Assembly: GCA_013115125.1 (NCBI GenBank) | Contig: JABANN010000003.1 | Location: 1-64,000, forward strand | Length of the DNA: 64,000 bases | Reading direction: 5' to 3' | Origin: Perkinsus olseni | Taxonomy: Eukaryota | Shown: positions 11,109 through 22,535 of the stretch, one piece after another | Layout of the letters: each line of letters starts with the position of its first letter | How positions within the stretch are numbered: position 1 is the first letter of the stretch | Translations under genes and position numbers: made by a program | Notes under the pieces: model-generated | Seen by the model: only the letters and a program-made list of their open reading frames with translations | What the model was told of the DNA's origin: nothing | The model's database searches: none

Positions 11109-13914
11109 ATGGCGATGGAACAGTCGCTGGTACTCCCTCTTATTATATTGGGGGTATCCCTCTTGTGGGGTCTGAAGACCCTATGCAGCTACGCAAGTAA
11201 GACGACCAGCCTGTTCCAATTCGCGATGGTATACTGCGGCATGGCCCTCACGGTAACCACCCTTGTTTTGTTGCCGTATGATATATGCTACTCGAGAACC
11301 AACGAACACACGGAGATCCTTTCTGAGTCTTGGAGTAGAGTCTACTGGATTTCCTTCAGCCTCTGCTGGATAGCCTACCCTATCATGCTAGAATATGAAT
11401 CCACGCACTCTCTGAAGAAAGCTCTCCGTAACAATGCTTTCTGGTACCTGATGTACGCTTTCGCCGGACTGCTTATTCTGTCGTACCTGTGGTACGAGCA
11501 GCGGCTTGATCTGCAGGGCATACTTGGATTCGTCTACGCGGCCTCTAATGCTTGGGGTTTGGTGTTGGTCACCTTGTTGCTGGGATACGGGCTGGTGGCT
11601 ATACCACAGTGGCTGCATGTGCTGTCATATGACAAACGGCATGTAGAGGCGATCTACGCTCAGGCGGTTGCCGCAGAAGATGTAATACACAAGCTCACGG
11701 GGAGCCACCGGGGCCCAATGCGATAAGACCAGATGGAGCGGGGGATTCAATGCGAGTTTAAGAGGCGAAAACCGCTGCTCAGTGCGCTGAATATTTTCGC
11801 AACAACGCTTGTAACGCGAGAATTTGCCAGTCATGCCGCCCAGTAGGCACGACTCTCCGCCAAGTTCGAGCTGATGGATGTGTTCAATCATTACCGTGAT
11901 GAAGCCGGTGAATCAGGAGGAGGAGGAGCTTCTAAAGAACTTGTAGTTAAGGGAAAAGGAAGACGACCGCGTGCTCGCGCGTGATGAGTTGGGAACTCGC
12001 CTGAAAGATACGAGAAGCCGGCGAATTTCTTGGGATTGCCGTGAACTTCGACGATGGACAAGACGAAGTTGTGTCCGAATGTTTAGAGGGAAATACTGAA
12101 GGTAGGCTCCCACTCCTTGCCGAGCTCCGCGTATTCATTTTACATGCTATTGTGATACAGGTACACCACTGATTCCAACCAATTTGTCTTTAGTCAGAGG
12201 CTCTGCTTCTAGAGAAGACTTCGAGCTGTCGGCAGCTCTAGCGGCTGCCAGGAGGAGTCAGCACAGGTGGTATGGCCACGAGTTTCCTCCGCGGTCCGAA
12301 GGAGCCGCCTCGTGACACGTGCGCGCACAATCCCTATCGACCAGTCGGCATGCTCCTTATAGCAGTCACCTCCCCACCCTCCGACAAGGCGGTATCTCCC
12401 ATGTTCTTGCAGGTGGTCTGACTTGGTTGATACTGGCTGGGCTTTGGAGGATCGGATGGCGTTTCATAACGTTGATGCCCCGTTGCACGGGAGTGCTGTG
12501 GAGAGGCTGAGGCACTCGCTCGTGAGTGATCACATGAATCATAGCCGGCGATCTTGGATTGCTCTAATCGACGTTCTTCCCTCAGATGCTCACTGGGCAT
12601 TCCTTAGGCTCGTATCTTACGCGTGCCGCCGCGTTATTCTGTGCCATCCTAAGCGTTGGCATAATAAGCGGCCAGGTAAGATATGCTCCAGCCGAGCTCA
12701 GTGAATCTCAATGAATCAATCAGCATATTCATTCATTTCAGGCTACTATGTTTTGGGATACGAAGTGGTCAAGTTTGTTGGCTATTGGTTACGATGAGCT
12801 GCTGTGGGCACTGGGAATCGTACAGAAAGGTGTTATCCCCACGCCGCACTTATTCTTTGCATACCCGATTATTTCAGACGGTTACGTACCGCCTGTATAC
12901 ATTGCAGTGCTGGGTCAAGTCGGCGTCGGTCTACCTTTGTTGTACGTTGCTGGTTGCTGCTACTGGTCCCTGTTCCGAGTGAAAGTCGCTGGGACGTATG
13001 GATTGTACACGCACCATCATACGGACAGGTAATCTTGTTCTCTACTCGAATCGTTAGCTAAGAGTGAGAATTCGGCAACAGTCATTTCTCGGGTGCGGGG
13101 GACGCGTTTTGTCGAGGCAGTTGGCCTTAGTAAGCCAATCCAACAGGTCGGGATCTCGCTCATTGCTTGTGATTATTACTGCTTCGCGATAAGCATATAA
13201 AATATAGGCAAATGCTCATTCCTCATTACCCGATCTCTCTGTTTCCGGAATGCGTCATTACTCGACACTCCGATGCCTGTGCATTGTCAGTGCGTCCCTG
13301 CTTTGGTGTGCGTCGATGGTAACAAGGCTCAGCTTTCCTGTTGCATACAACTACCTCAAACTGCTACGAATACCAGACTCCAAGACATCCTTCGGTAAGC
13401 GTCTAGTTGCCACCGGTGAGCCAGGTAAAGGACTGCCGCCTGTCACACTCAGGTCGGATGTTCGGAACGCCAATATCGGCTGCTCCAATAATAGGCGAGG
13501 ATTTCGTCTCCTACTTTCCCTTGCTCATTCTGGTGAGCCCAGCGATATTGGAGCAGCTTCAGAGCGATTGTATTCTGCGCAGGTGTTTTCGCTACTGCAG
13601 CTCACCAACATGTACCATCGCCTCGTCCGGGCTCTTGGCTTATCCTCGACATTCGAATTCGAAGGCAGTGGACTCAGAGCTGATGCGGCGACTGTGGAAG
13701 AGGTGCATATCTCAGTAGAGCTGGAATTGTCTTGTACATCTTTCGTCAGGGCCGTAAACTGCTTCATCGTGAACGGCTTCGTCGAGCAAATCAAGCGGAT
13801 CTCGAGGCTGGCCGAGCGTCCCAGTACCGAATGGTGGCCTTCAACAGAGGGAACGCAGGGCTGCGCGGCTACCAACCTGGTCGAGACGGCCAGCAGACGA
13901 ATTCCGAAGAGTGA
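11109..13914 (+). CDS. LMBR1-domain multipass membrane protein (LMBRD2-like)
   Basis: LVLLPYDI, WSRVYWISFSLCWIAYPIMLEY, AASNAWGLVLVTLLLGYGLVAIP, YWSLFRVKVAGTYGLYTHHHTDSASLLWCASMVTRLSFPVAYNYL. Confidence 0.9.
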
Positions 13915-15100
13915 GCAAGCCCCGTCGTCTATCACTCTCGGTGTCAGTAGCGCTTCTCACGTTCCTACTACAAGATCGGCTCGGGCTAGGTCGATTCTGC
14001 TCCTGTATACTTGGCTACTCCTCATCTAGCGGTCTCTCATCAGGTCTCCCAGCGAGAGAGCACCGTTGTACCCGTCGCACGGAAGTGAGAGCGCAAATGA
14101 TCGTGATGAGGATTCGGAGTGGGCCTTCGCCGATCGTGATCTGGCAGATATACCGCAGGAGCTCGCTTGAAAATTTTGATGCACTCACTCGTATACTATT
14201 TGATCCTGCTGCAAATCAGGATGCGGTTCCAGGCGGAGATATAATTTGGTTTCTCAGAGTTGCACCGCCCTTTTCGTGGAGTTCACAGTCTGGGAAATAT
14301 CTCATGCTCGATAGGTTACTTGGCAATCAGATACAGGGGGATATCGCCCCGAAAACCGGTTGGAGTGTAGGTGGTTCGTTGGGAAATCACCGCATCTGAG
14401 CCGAAGGTTCTCAGGCTGAAGGCCAGAATCGACATGACAAGCTCGCGGCTGGCTTTTTGACTTGAAGCCGGTCTCGTGTTGCTTATGACAGGGATTATTC
14501 GTCGGTGTATGCGCTCAATCGTGTGTACAAGCTAGCATCCTTAGCAGTTGGTGTTGCACTCCATCGCTTTTGTCGTCAGCCTCGGAGATGTTTCTCTTCC
14601 TTGATCATTCGTAATGAGACAGTTCGAGTGGCAAAGTCTCTCATTTCTTGTAGTGTCGTCCCTAGTGGCCTTGCTCCTCCTGGAAGCTAGGAGAAGGGAA
14701 GTATGATAGGCACCGGTGCCTGACCAGGGTATCTGGTCCGACTCGTCGCGTTAGTCTAGTCCTCTGGCTTGTCAGACCGAATGCTGTTCTGGGCTGGTTC
14801 ATGGGTCCTTCCGAGTGCGGGGGGACTCCACCTTGAATGTGAGTGTGAGCAGCGTGCTAGGGGTTTCAGTTAATCGGCTAATTCATCCATGCTCTTCCTA
14901 CCTTTGCCTTCCCGAGGATTATCCAATCAACAAGCAGAGGCCCCAGTACAGAGTGGCAGCCTTTCTAAGCGTACGCCCTGGGTCTCCTCGGATTTCCAGG
15001 ATGAGGTCCACGTTCTGTAGCGTCTGTTTCTTCAGGTAACGATGATCCTTCCTACCTTCGTTTGCCGATACCTGCCTGTGCTCCTACAAACTCATCACCT

Positions 15101-15670
15101 ATGGATATTGGGCTCTCACCAGAAGGTCTGTCTGACCCTTCGCCAAAGGACGAGGAAGGTTGGCTCAGAAGAGCCTCTCTAAATGCCGTTAGGAATCAGC
15201 GGATATGCTCGTCTATGTCAGCTGATGCTACGGTCAGGCATTCTGCCACTGGGCACTTGGAGAGTGACTATCGCGACGGCCTCTCAAGAAGCGTGTCCTT
15301 CGACGGCAACAAGGAGATTTCTTTTTATCACATCAGTTCGCCTATCGGCGTTGTGCTCCATACAAAGATTCCCACGAAAACCTTCGACGGCTGTTCAGAC
15401 TTGGACAGCACAAGAGGTGGCTCCGTGAGGGAGTTTGGCTGCATTAACGACTTGCTCAACTTCGCCCAGCGAATGAGCTATCCCCCTGCGGAAACTATTG
15501 GCAACCGTAACAGAGCGGGGGCGGTCGACTCCGTTGCGAGAGGCAGTGTTGGGTCACCGGTATATGCCGACCGCAGTTCCAGTGGGTGCGAATTATACCG
15601 GCCAATGCGCAAACTGCGACCCGCTCGTTCCGGTTTCGAAGAGGAATCTGAGATGAACACTATTGGTTAG
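15101..15670 (+). CDS. Hypothetical Ser-rich protein (single ORF)
   Basis: 189-codon ATG-started ORF in an otherwise long gap; low-complexity composition; contains RSVSF. No family recognised. Confidence 0.4.
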   Translation: MDIGLSPEGLSDPSPKDEEGWLRRASLNAVRNQRICSSMSADATVRHSATGHLESDYRDGLSRSVSFDGNKEISFYHISSPIGVVLHTKIPTKTFDGCSDLDSTRGGSVREFGCINDLLNFAQRMSYPPAETIGNRNRAGAVDSVARGSVGSPVYADRSSSGCELYRPMRKLRPARSGFEEESEMNTIG

Positions 15671-16145
15671 CAGGATAATGCCCATTCGTACTCTCTCACG
15701 TTATTACGAGGAATTTCCTCGCTGAATAGCGTGTTGGCGACGTGTCTGCGTTGCAATATTTCTGAGAGTGGCCGTCAGCTATTGAGGGGTGTGATGCTCT
15801 CATTCTTTTTGCTTGACCTTGTCATTCAAGAGGCTTCGAAAATCTTCCCATTATTGACGTGGGTTCAATTGTTATCTTCTTTTTTCTTGCTCGTCTTATG
15901 TCTCAACCTCATTGTCTTCGCATCATGTGACTGACCCTCTATTCACGCAATCACGGATCATATCGGATCCTGGTAGTTTGGTTAGCGGATTCTGATGCGG
16001 TGCGAAGTTATATAATGAATCCTGCGTGTATCGCTCGGACCTTAATTCCGAGTGGGTCCTGAAATTTTCCGGTATTAGAGTATCAGTGAATGCCGTGGTT
16101 GGTGACTCCTCGTTGTAGTGTTATTTGCACTGTGTACGTCTAACA

Positions 16146-16167
16146 CTGTAAGTCTTACACTGTAAGA
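16146..16167. mobile_element. Putative transposon excision footprint (inverted triplication of CTGTAAGA)
   Basis: CTGTAAG-TCTTACAC-TGTAAGA, one base from the perfect X[1-7]+rcX+X[2-8] pattern. Confidence 0.55.
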
Positions 16168-16517
16168 TAGTACTGTTCTCTGAGAACAGCTTGTGTACGA
16201 TTCCTTCTCGTGGGTTGTATCGAGCTTTAGGTATCATGTGCTCCCTTGAGTGCCTCAGCGGCTCTGAATCAGATCCTAGGGTATCTCAGTAACTTTCTGT
16301 AGACCGTTATCCACGACTTCTCTCATATCAATGTAACCTCTCTGCGATAAATATATTCTCCTCAGAACATGGTTTCATAGTCCACGCGGCTTTTCGATGT
16401 CATTGCTCTAGAAGTATCTGTGAATAATTATCTGTCGTTTGGTGGTACGATCTCATATCGCTATCCACTGGCGTACTTCGCCGTGCCTGCCGCACGATTT
16501 TCATTTGTAAACTAGAA

Positions 16518-19071
16518 ATGGTCTCAAAGATGGCGAGCTCGGTTGCGCAGGGGACTGCAGAGGGGGAGCTAGCTGGGGTATTGAAAGCGAAGCCTACAGA
16601 AATCAGGAAACCAAAACGCTCGATACAATCCCCTTCGCTTGTAGTAGCTTGGCAGTATCGCGAGATGCACCGATGGTTTTCAGCACAAAATGGTAAGCGC
16701 GTGGCCGCTCAAGCTACTGAGACGTGTGGCGGACCTACCATAAAGTGCGATGTGCGTCTGACCAACTGAGAGCTGAGTAGCGCAACTGTTGCTCTTTCAG
16801 GTCATTTTTTGTGTATAGCCCCGTACTGAAAGTTGAAGACAGAACTGAGGGGAACTTGGCTTCAGCGGAGGACGATGACACACGCGCAGCCCAGGCAAAA
16901 CTGATCTACTACTAGTGAGCTGTCCGTGGTTATTGCACCCACCTGGAGAGTCTTTCCTCAGTCCGTCGGACGAGCATTCGCCCATCGAGCAGCGAACACA
17001 GGCCTCCCTGATTGAGGGTGTTGTCCACTTCGCCCAGGCATTCCGACGAGAAGAAGATTGTGACGATGATGTTAATCTCATCACCACCAGGGACCTGGCG
17101 CTTGCTATTAAACAGGTGAGTATCATCTGCTCATCAGGATGGGTGTTCTGACGGTCCTGATTCCAGGTTGAGAAAGACATCTGGTTTACACTGGTTGTTG
17201 AGCGGAAGCCCTTGACAGGATTGGACGGTTGTACGTTGCGCTGGATGCTTAGAGCATTCCCGAGACTGAAATCGAACTCCAGATGTCTGCTACTCTCAGA
17301 TCAGTCTATCCCTTCTTCGCCTGAGTCGGCGCCAAGCTCCGAGAATCAGCGGCAGCGACCGACGCGCGTTACTCCACCGCTGGAGAGCGACGAGGACCCC
17401 CACTTGTCTGCACCACTGCTACAGGCGGTGTTGTCAAATGCGCACGAGGTGTTCACCTTGTTGCACGGGCCGATCGAGAAGTATGTCTTAGCTTCTTGCG
17501 AGCCCTTTACTCTCTCTTGATACGGCAGGTTTTTACATGTCGAGAACGATAAACCCAACGCGATCGATACGCTCGCCGCTCTACTGCACAGCTTTGTGCC
17601 GTCGTAGGCAGCACTCCGTCCATGTTGGTATTTGTAGTTGAAGTGGAGGCAGGTACGTCGAGGTCCTCAGCTACGGTCCTCTCGGCCTCTTCACGGAGCT
17701 CACCGGCTTCAGCTATGGTACCACAGAACTGGCGGGGAAGCGGAGACTTGTTTGTTCTTCAGCGCCAGTGGAGCGGAACACCTTGGTATTGATGCAGGCG
17801 ATGTTGCTTTCCTTACAGGAGAAGCACCCAGACATCAAGGCTTCAGCGGTAAATGTTCTGGTATTCCTAAGCTGCTGTCAGTCTTCACACGGACAGGTTC
17901 TGTTCGATGCTCATCTGCTCCATTCTTCGATCCCTCTGGAAGACATGAAGATCCTCTACTCATATATCGTTTCTACGAGCATAATTGGGTGAGTCTCTAC
18001 GTCGCAGCGCTTCACAGTTGACGGGCGTCCTGGTCCACCAGGTTCCGCTCGGACGCTCCCACGAGCATAGTTTCTTCGACGAAAATGTGCGAGCCGCCCT
18101 ACGATGGGATGGAGGAAGACTCGACATCAATCTGGAAATCGAACCACGTGACAGAGGATATGGCTGACGGGGAAACGGGAACGTGAGAGGAGCTGGTGTC
18201 TCTAGAGGTTCTTTTCGTGCTTGAGAAAAATGGTGTGTCAAGGTTTCTTTTCGGGCCCGAAGCCGGCTCGTCCGAACGTGGAGTCATGCCGGTAGTATAT
18301 CTGCCGTCGCTCGGCAAAGGCAGACTTGTAGCACTCCTTTACCGTGGCCTAATGTTCGTCTTTGTGATCAACGCGATCCCGACTAAGGTGAGGAATCGTA
18401 ACCTTTGGCACCTTGCACCTTTCATGTAGGAGGCGGACTCAGAGCTGTTCTCCTCGCTACAGCAATGGGTGTCTGAATCCAACAGCGTCAGCCAAGTTGC
18501 TCAATTGGTACGACAGCAGTTTGGCCAGGCCATGAGTCTCACGGATGGATACAAGTGAGGCTCTTGGCAGTTCCCTTTCTCGGAAACGGGCCGCCCTTAT
18601 AGGTTCTCATACGCGAACAATACGAATTATGCGTTGCGAGTTTCCAATGACGGCTCTCCTTCACTGAACGGCGAGAGCCCCATGGCCCTCGTCGGCAACG
18701 AGTCTAGCCCCGAGGACTTGGTGCTCTTCAGCACTTTGCGACAAATCACGGTGAGAACGTTGCTGACGGTGTATCTTGTCCGAGCACGTTCTCTCCAGGT
18801 TCATGAGGAAAAGTATCTCGATGCACCTGGCCTGCCTCAAGGGAGTCGATGCCGCGAAGTCTGCTACAAGTCTCCTGAGAACGTGCGAACGCATCCGTCG
18901 CTGCGCGGTTGGAGTTGATCTCTATTTCAGGGCTGGGTATGTGCAAAAGTCTCCCCGTTGAACCGTGAGTTCTATTTGATGCTCGCGAAGCCGGCCATGC
19001 CGTTGGTTCGATGCCAAGAAGAGTGTGAGCGCTTCGCCCGGATGCATCTTTCCAATATATTTACTATGTGA
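16518..19071 (+). CDS. CCZ1: Vacuolar fusion protein CCZ1 (Mon1-Ccz1 Rab7 GEF subunit)
   Basis: Longin N-terminus SFFVYSP...AKLIYY.P...QASLIEGVVHFAQAF...VEKDIWFTLVV; C-terminus RFSYANNTNYAL ... EVCYKS ... LVRCQEECERFARMHLSNIF. Start could be 16518 or 16665. Confidence 0.82.
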
Positions 19072-19294
19072 TGCACTGCATCCGATAGAAGGAATCGCTC
19101 GTTTCTCATCGTAATGATGTATGAGCAGTGTTCTCTTTCGCATCTTTACGAATAGCCATACGCTTATGGGGAAGTTCTTGCTCATCCACCGCTTCGGGCG
19201 CTGGGCTGGCCCGGGAGGTTGTGCTCAGTGCCCTGTACAGAGTGCTATGAGTATTACTTGGGTGTTGGAACGATATCAGTAATCTTCGCAATAA

Positions 19295-19316
19295 CTCCTG
19301 GACCAGGAGTCCTGGT
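19295..19316. mobile_element. Putative transposon excision footprint (perfect inverted triplication of CTCCTGGT)
   Basis: CTCCTGG-ACCAGGAG-TCCTGGT = X[1-7]+revcomp(X)+X[2-8]. Confidence 0.6.
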
Positions 19317-19461
19317 TTAAGGAAATTCTCAGGGCCGCGATACTGCTGCAGCATTAGAATGTGCTGTGATCGTGATGGCCGAAGTGGCGATATGTTTTTT
19401 CAGTTCTGACACATAAAAAGTGAGGGTATCGCCGTGACTCATTCATTGACGGCGGTGCCTA

Positions 19462-20535
19462 ATGGCTGCTCGTTTGACTCTTTATCTGTCATCACTTGAC
19501 CGAGCCGCCCCAGCTCGCATGCCTGAGGTCCTCCAACAAAGCGTCTGGCGATACCTTCGGGAAGCAGGAACGGTTGGATTGCTCAGCGAGGCAATAGAAC
19601 CTCCGCGTAGGCTTGAAGTCTCTGCTCAAGCGGGTTTCTGGATTAAACATTTCTGCGTGGACGAGTGGGATACGTCCATTCTTCTAACATTCCGGAACGA
19701 CGCCCAGAGCAGAGGTCTGTATAAGTATAGAGAAGGCCAAGGCCTGGAGAGAATCAGTGTCGAGCCGATCGATGCGTTCTGCGTCAACTCGGCTCAGGGA
19801 TGTGTCTACGCGTTCCGAGCCCAGCAGCTGTTCTGCATCCGCCACCGAGACCCTCCGTACAATGCTCATCGAATTTGGACGATGTCACCAGATTGGTCGC
19901 CGCCGGGCTTCATGGTGAGCCGAGGAAATCATATCGTATTCGGCTCTCTCCGGCGAGAAGCTCCGAAGCACTGCCGTGGCATCACAGTGCTAACCTTGAG
20001 CGGTCAAGCGGTGCGAGTATCGTCCCTCGACTTCCGCAGCGACATGGAAGCATCTCTAAAGTTCAGGCGTATGCTGATTGACGCATTCCAGGATTGGAGC
20101 AAGGACCTCTGCACACTGGTTTGCATTGGTGAGACTCTACTATCACGGTCCTTAACCAGTGATACATGGCACGACATGAAAATGCGAGGGCAAGTTCGGC
20201 AAATGGCGACGGTGCAGAGCTCAATCATCAACGACCAATTTAGAGACGAGGATGAGACCGCTCCCCCGCTGTTGGCCATTGTGCGCCATAGCTCTCACAA
20301 TCTTGCTCCCGACTCAGAAGTTTTCTATCTAGCGAGATTTGAGGTCGTCGACTTGCATAGAAGCGAGATCGTGGTATCCGTTGCTTGGCTGCAAACGCCT
20401 TGGTGCCCGAACTTGGCTTTTGTTGAACACGCTGTGTACTTCCAAGCATGCGGGCAGGCTATAGACAAGGTGGACGTGTGTCTGACATACGACAAACCGT
20501 TCAGCAGGAGTGAAAGCCCGCGGAAGTTTAGCTGA
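19462..20535 (+). CDS. Intronless hypothetical protein, F-box-like N-terminal motif followed by a beta-rich region
   Basis: 357-aa uninterrupted ORF; MPEVLQQSVWRYL resembles the F-box start LPxExxxxIxxYL; downstream short hydrophobic strands. Confidence 0.6.
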   Translation: MAARLTLYLSSLDRAAPARMPEVLQQSVWRYLREAGTVGLLSEAIEPPRRLEVSAQAGFWIKHFCVDEWDTSILLTFRNDAQSRGLYKYREGQGLERISVEPIDAFCVNSAQGCVYAFRAQQLFCIRHRDPPYNAHRIWTMSPDWSPPGFMVSRGNHIVFGSLRREAPKHCRGITVLTLSGQAVRVSSLDFRSDMEASLKFRRMLIDAFQDWSKDLCTLVCIGETLLSRSLTSDTWHDMKMRGQVRQMATVQSSIINDQFRDEDETAPPLLAIVRHSSHNLAPDSEVFYLARFEVVDLHRSEIVVSVAWLQTPWCPNLAFVEHAVYFQACGQAIDKVDVCLTYDKPFSRSESPRKFS

Positions 20536-20839
20536 GCCTCCAACCGTCGCCCTTTCTACGATTTCACTTCCCGTGCCATTTTCGCTGCTCGCCATGCCTG
20601 TTGCGGCCACCAGACACGTTTGTCACTCTGCCGTCGAGTTGAGGATGGTACTATTAATCATCATTGCAACAACCACTGATTGTGTCTGCAGATCAGTTCC
20701 GGTACTTCTGCCGTAGGAGTACGCATTCTATTTCGTGGCGAATTGTTTGCGAGACGTTGGTTCGGTTTCGACTTAGGGCTGGCCGCTCGTGCCGTGACCT
20801 TATCTGGCGTAGCTTGCTTGTCATTTGCCTCCCGTAGTG

Positions 20840-22385
20840 ATGCCTTCAAAACACCACAATAAGCCGTGCCGCAGTTGGGAAGAAACGGTAGCGTCGGGAT
20901 CATCCATCCCTTTGTGGCCTGTCTTGCAGTGATTCACAAGCTTCTTCTCAGGGGACTTGCCGCTACGGGGACTCCTGTAAATTTGTCCACGCTCAGCGCC
21001 GAGGAGTTCCAGCGTCAAACCCTTTTGGAGGTGAGCTGTACGATGGTCTGTCCAAGGTCATGAGATATCCTTCTTCCAGGTACAGTGTCGGCTTCTCCGT
21101 TCGGCAGCAGTGCTTCTAGTGGCCAAGTATCTGGGAACCTCTTCGCAGCTACAGCAAAGCCGGCGCCATCCCCTTTCGGTGCTGGTAGTATCCCGGCGAC
21201 GCCCTCTCCCTTCGGCGGGGTATCAGGCGGTGCATCTGGTGCGTTCGGGAGTTCGGCCCCCTCACCGTTCGGCGGAGCCGCGGGTACCGGAGCATTCGGT
21301 AGCGCACAGCCATCGCCATCACCATTCGGAAATGCGTCGACGACTAGGCCGAGTCCCTTCGGCAGCACCGGGTCCACCGTATTACCCAGTCCTTTCGGGG
21401 GTGCAGCAGCCAAGCCATCACCATTCGGACAGCCAAGCCCGGCGGCCCCATTAAGCAGCGATGGCTTCCCTGCTGCAGCTGCTGGAGGGTTCAGTACAGC
21501 TGCGTCAACCACGGCAGTAAAGCCTCCGTCAGGGAACTTGCCAGCCGCTACTGTTGCTGGAACCTTGGCCCCGGATGAGAGCAATAGGAAAATAAGAGAA
21601 GTAGGGGAATATGTTCTGTATTGGTATCGAATGTTGTGCGTGGTGCTCTTCAGAACATCGGTGCGGCGTTGAACAAGGGCGAACTTTATCCGTTGTCGTC
21701 CTTCGGGTCGGACGGCCAGGGCAACCTCACGCCTCCTGGAATCGATCTGAGCTTCGAGGAGCTGCGGTTTCAGGATCCTGAGGGCCTACACTTGAGGGAA
21801 ACGATCGCGAAGACAGAAGCGAGTCTCGACAAGATTATGTCGAAGCCAGCATTATCGAAATATTTCGGAGTGGATGGGGTTATGAAATCGGCATCTCCTT
21901 TTGGTGTTGGTACTACCACCGCGTCACCGTTCGGAGATGCATCTGCTCAAGCCAAACCATCGCCTTTTGGAACCGCAGCGGCGCAGAAACCCTCCCCATT
22001 CCGTGCAGCAGCAAGTCCTCCCCCGGCAGCTTCGCCGTTCGGTGGGTTCGGTGGCGTCCAGTCTACTGGGTCCAGCCCTTTCGGAGGATTTGGCGGCCCT
22101 TTCGGCGGGAAGCCATCGCCGTTCGGTGCCGTGAAAGGGGGCCCCTTCGGTGGAACTCAATCGACTGCCATCCCCGAGTTGCCGTGGCCCGAGAACTTGG
22201 TGGCTCGGCCGGGGATTCCTGCCAGCAAGATGCCATCGTGGATCCCTCGTGCACCTCTAGCCCTTCTGCCGGAGATCAAGCCGCCAGCGAAATTATCTGA
22301 GAAGGATGTTGAAAGTTACAAGAGTCCAGAGTTCTCATTAGATGCATTCCCATCACTGCCCCCTACCATTGAGTTGTTAACGTAA
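20840..22385 (+). CDS. NUP42: Nucleoporin Nup42/NUPL2 (CG1/Amo1-like): CCCH zinc finger, SPFG repeats, Gle1-binding C-terminus
   Basis: Spliced N-terminus MPSKHHNKPCRSWEET|GTCRYGDSCKFVH (intron 20888-20951); YPLSSFG..DLSFEELRF; 14 SPFG repeats; C-terminal LSEKDVESYKSPEFSLDAFPSLPPTIELL. Confidence 0.85.
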
Positions 22386-22535
22386 TCCTCCCTTTCTATA
22401 AGCGTTGCGCATTTTCAATATTCCGAGGTCTAGAAGCCTGTCCTCCCTATTGGTCGTTAGTGCGATAAGTGAACTCCATCATGGGGTCCGCAGGACAGAT
22501 GCGTCTCCGGTTTCCAGATACGAACTTCCATCATC

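Noticed and set aside
15707-15721. Odd palindrome CGAGGAA-T-TTCCTCG (also ACGTCT-A-AGACGT at 29603)
   Set aside because: No third copy; isolated 6-7 bp palindromes are expected by chance in 64 kb.
16415-16436. TATCTGT repeated at 14-nt spacing like the scar
   Set aside because: The middle matches revcomp(X) at only 4 of 8 positions; could be chance or a decayed copy.
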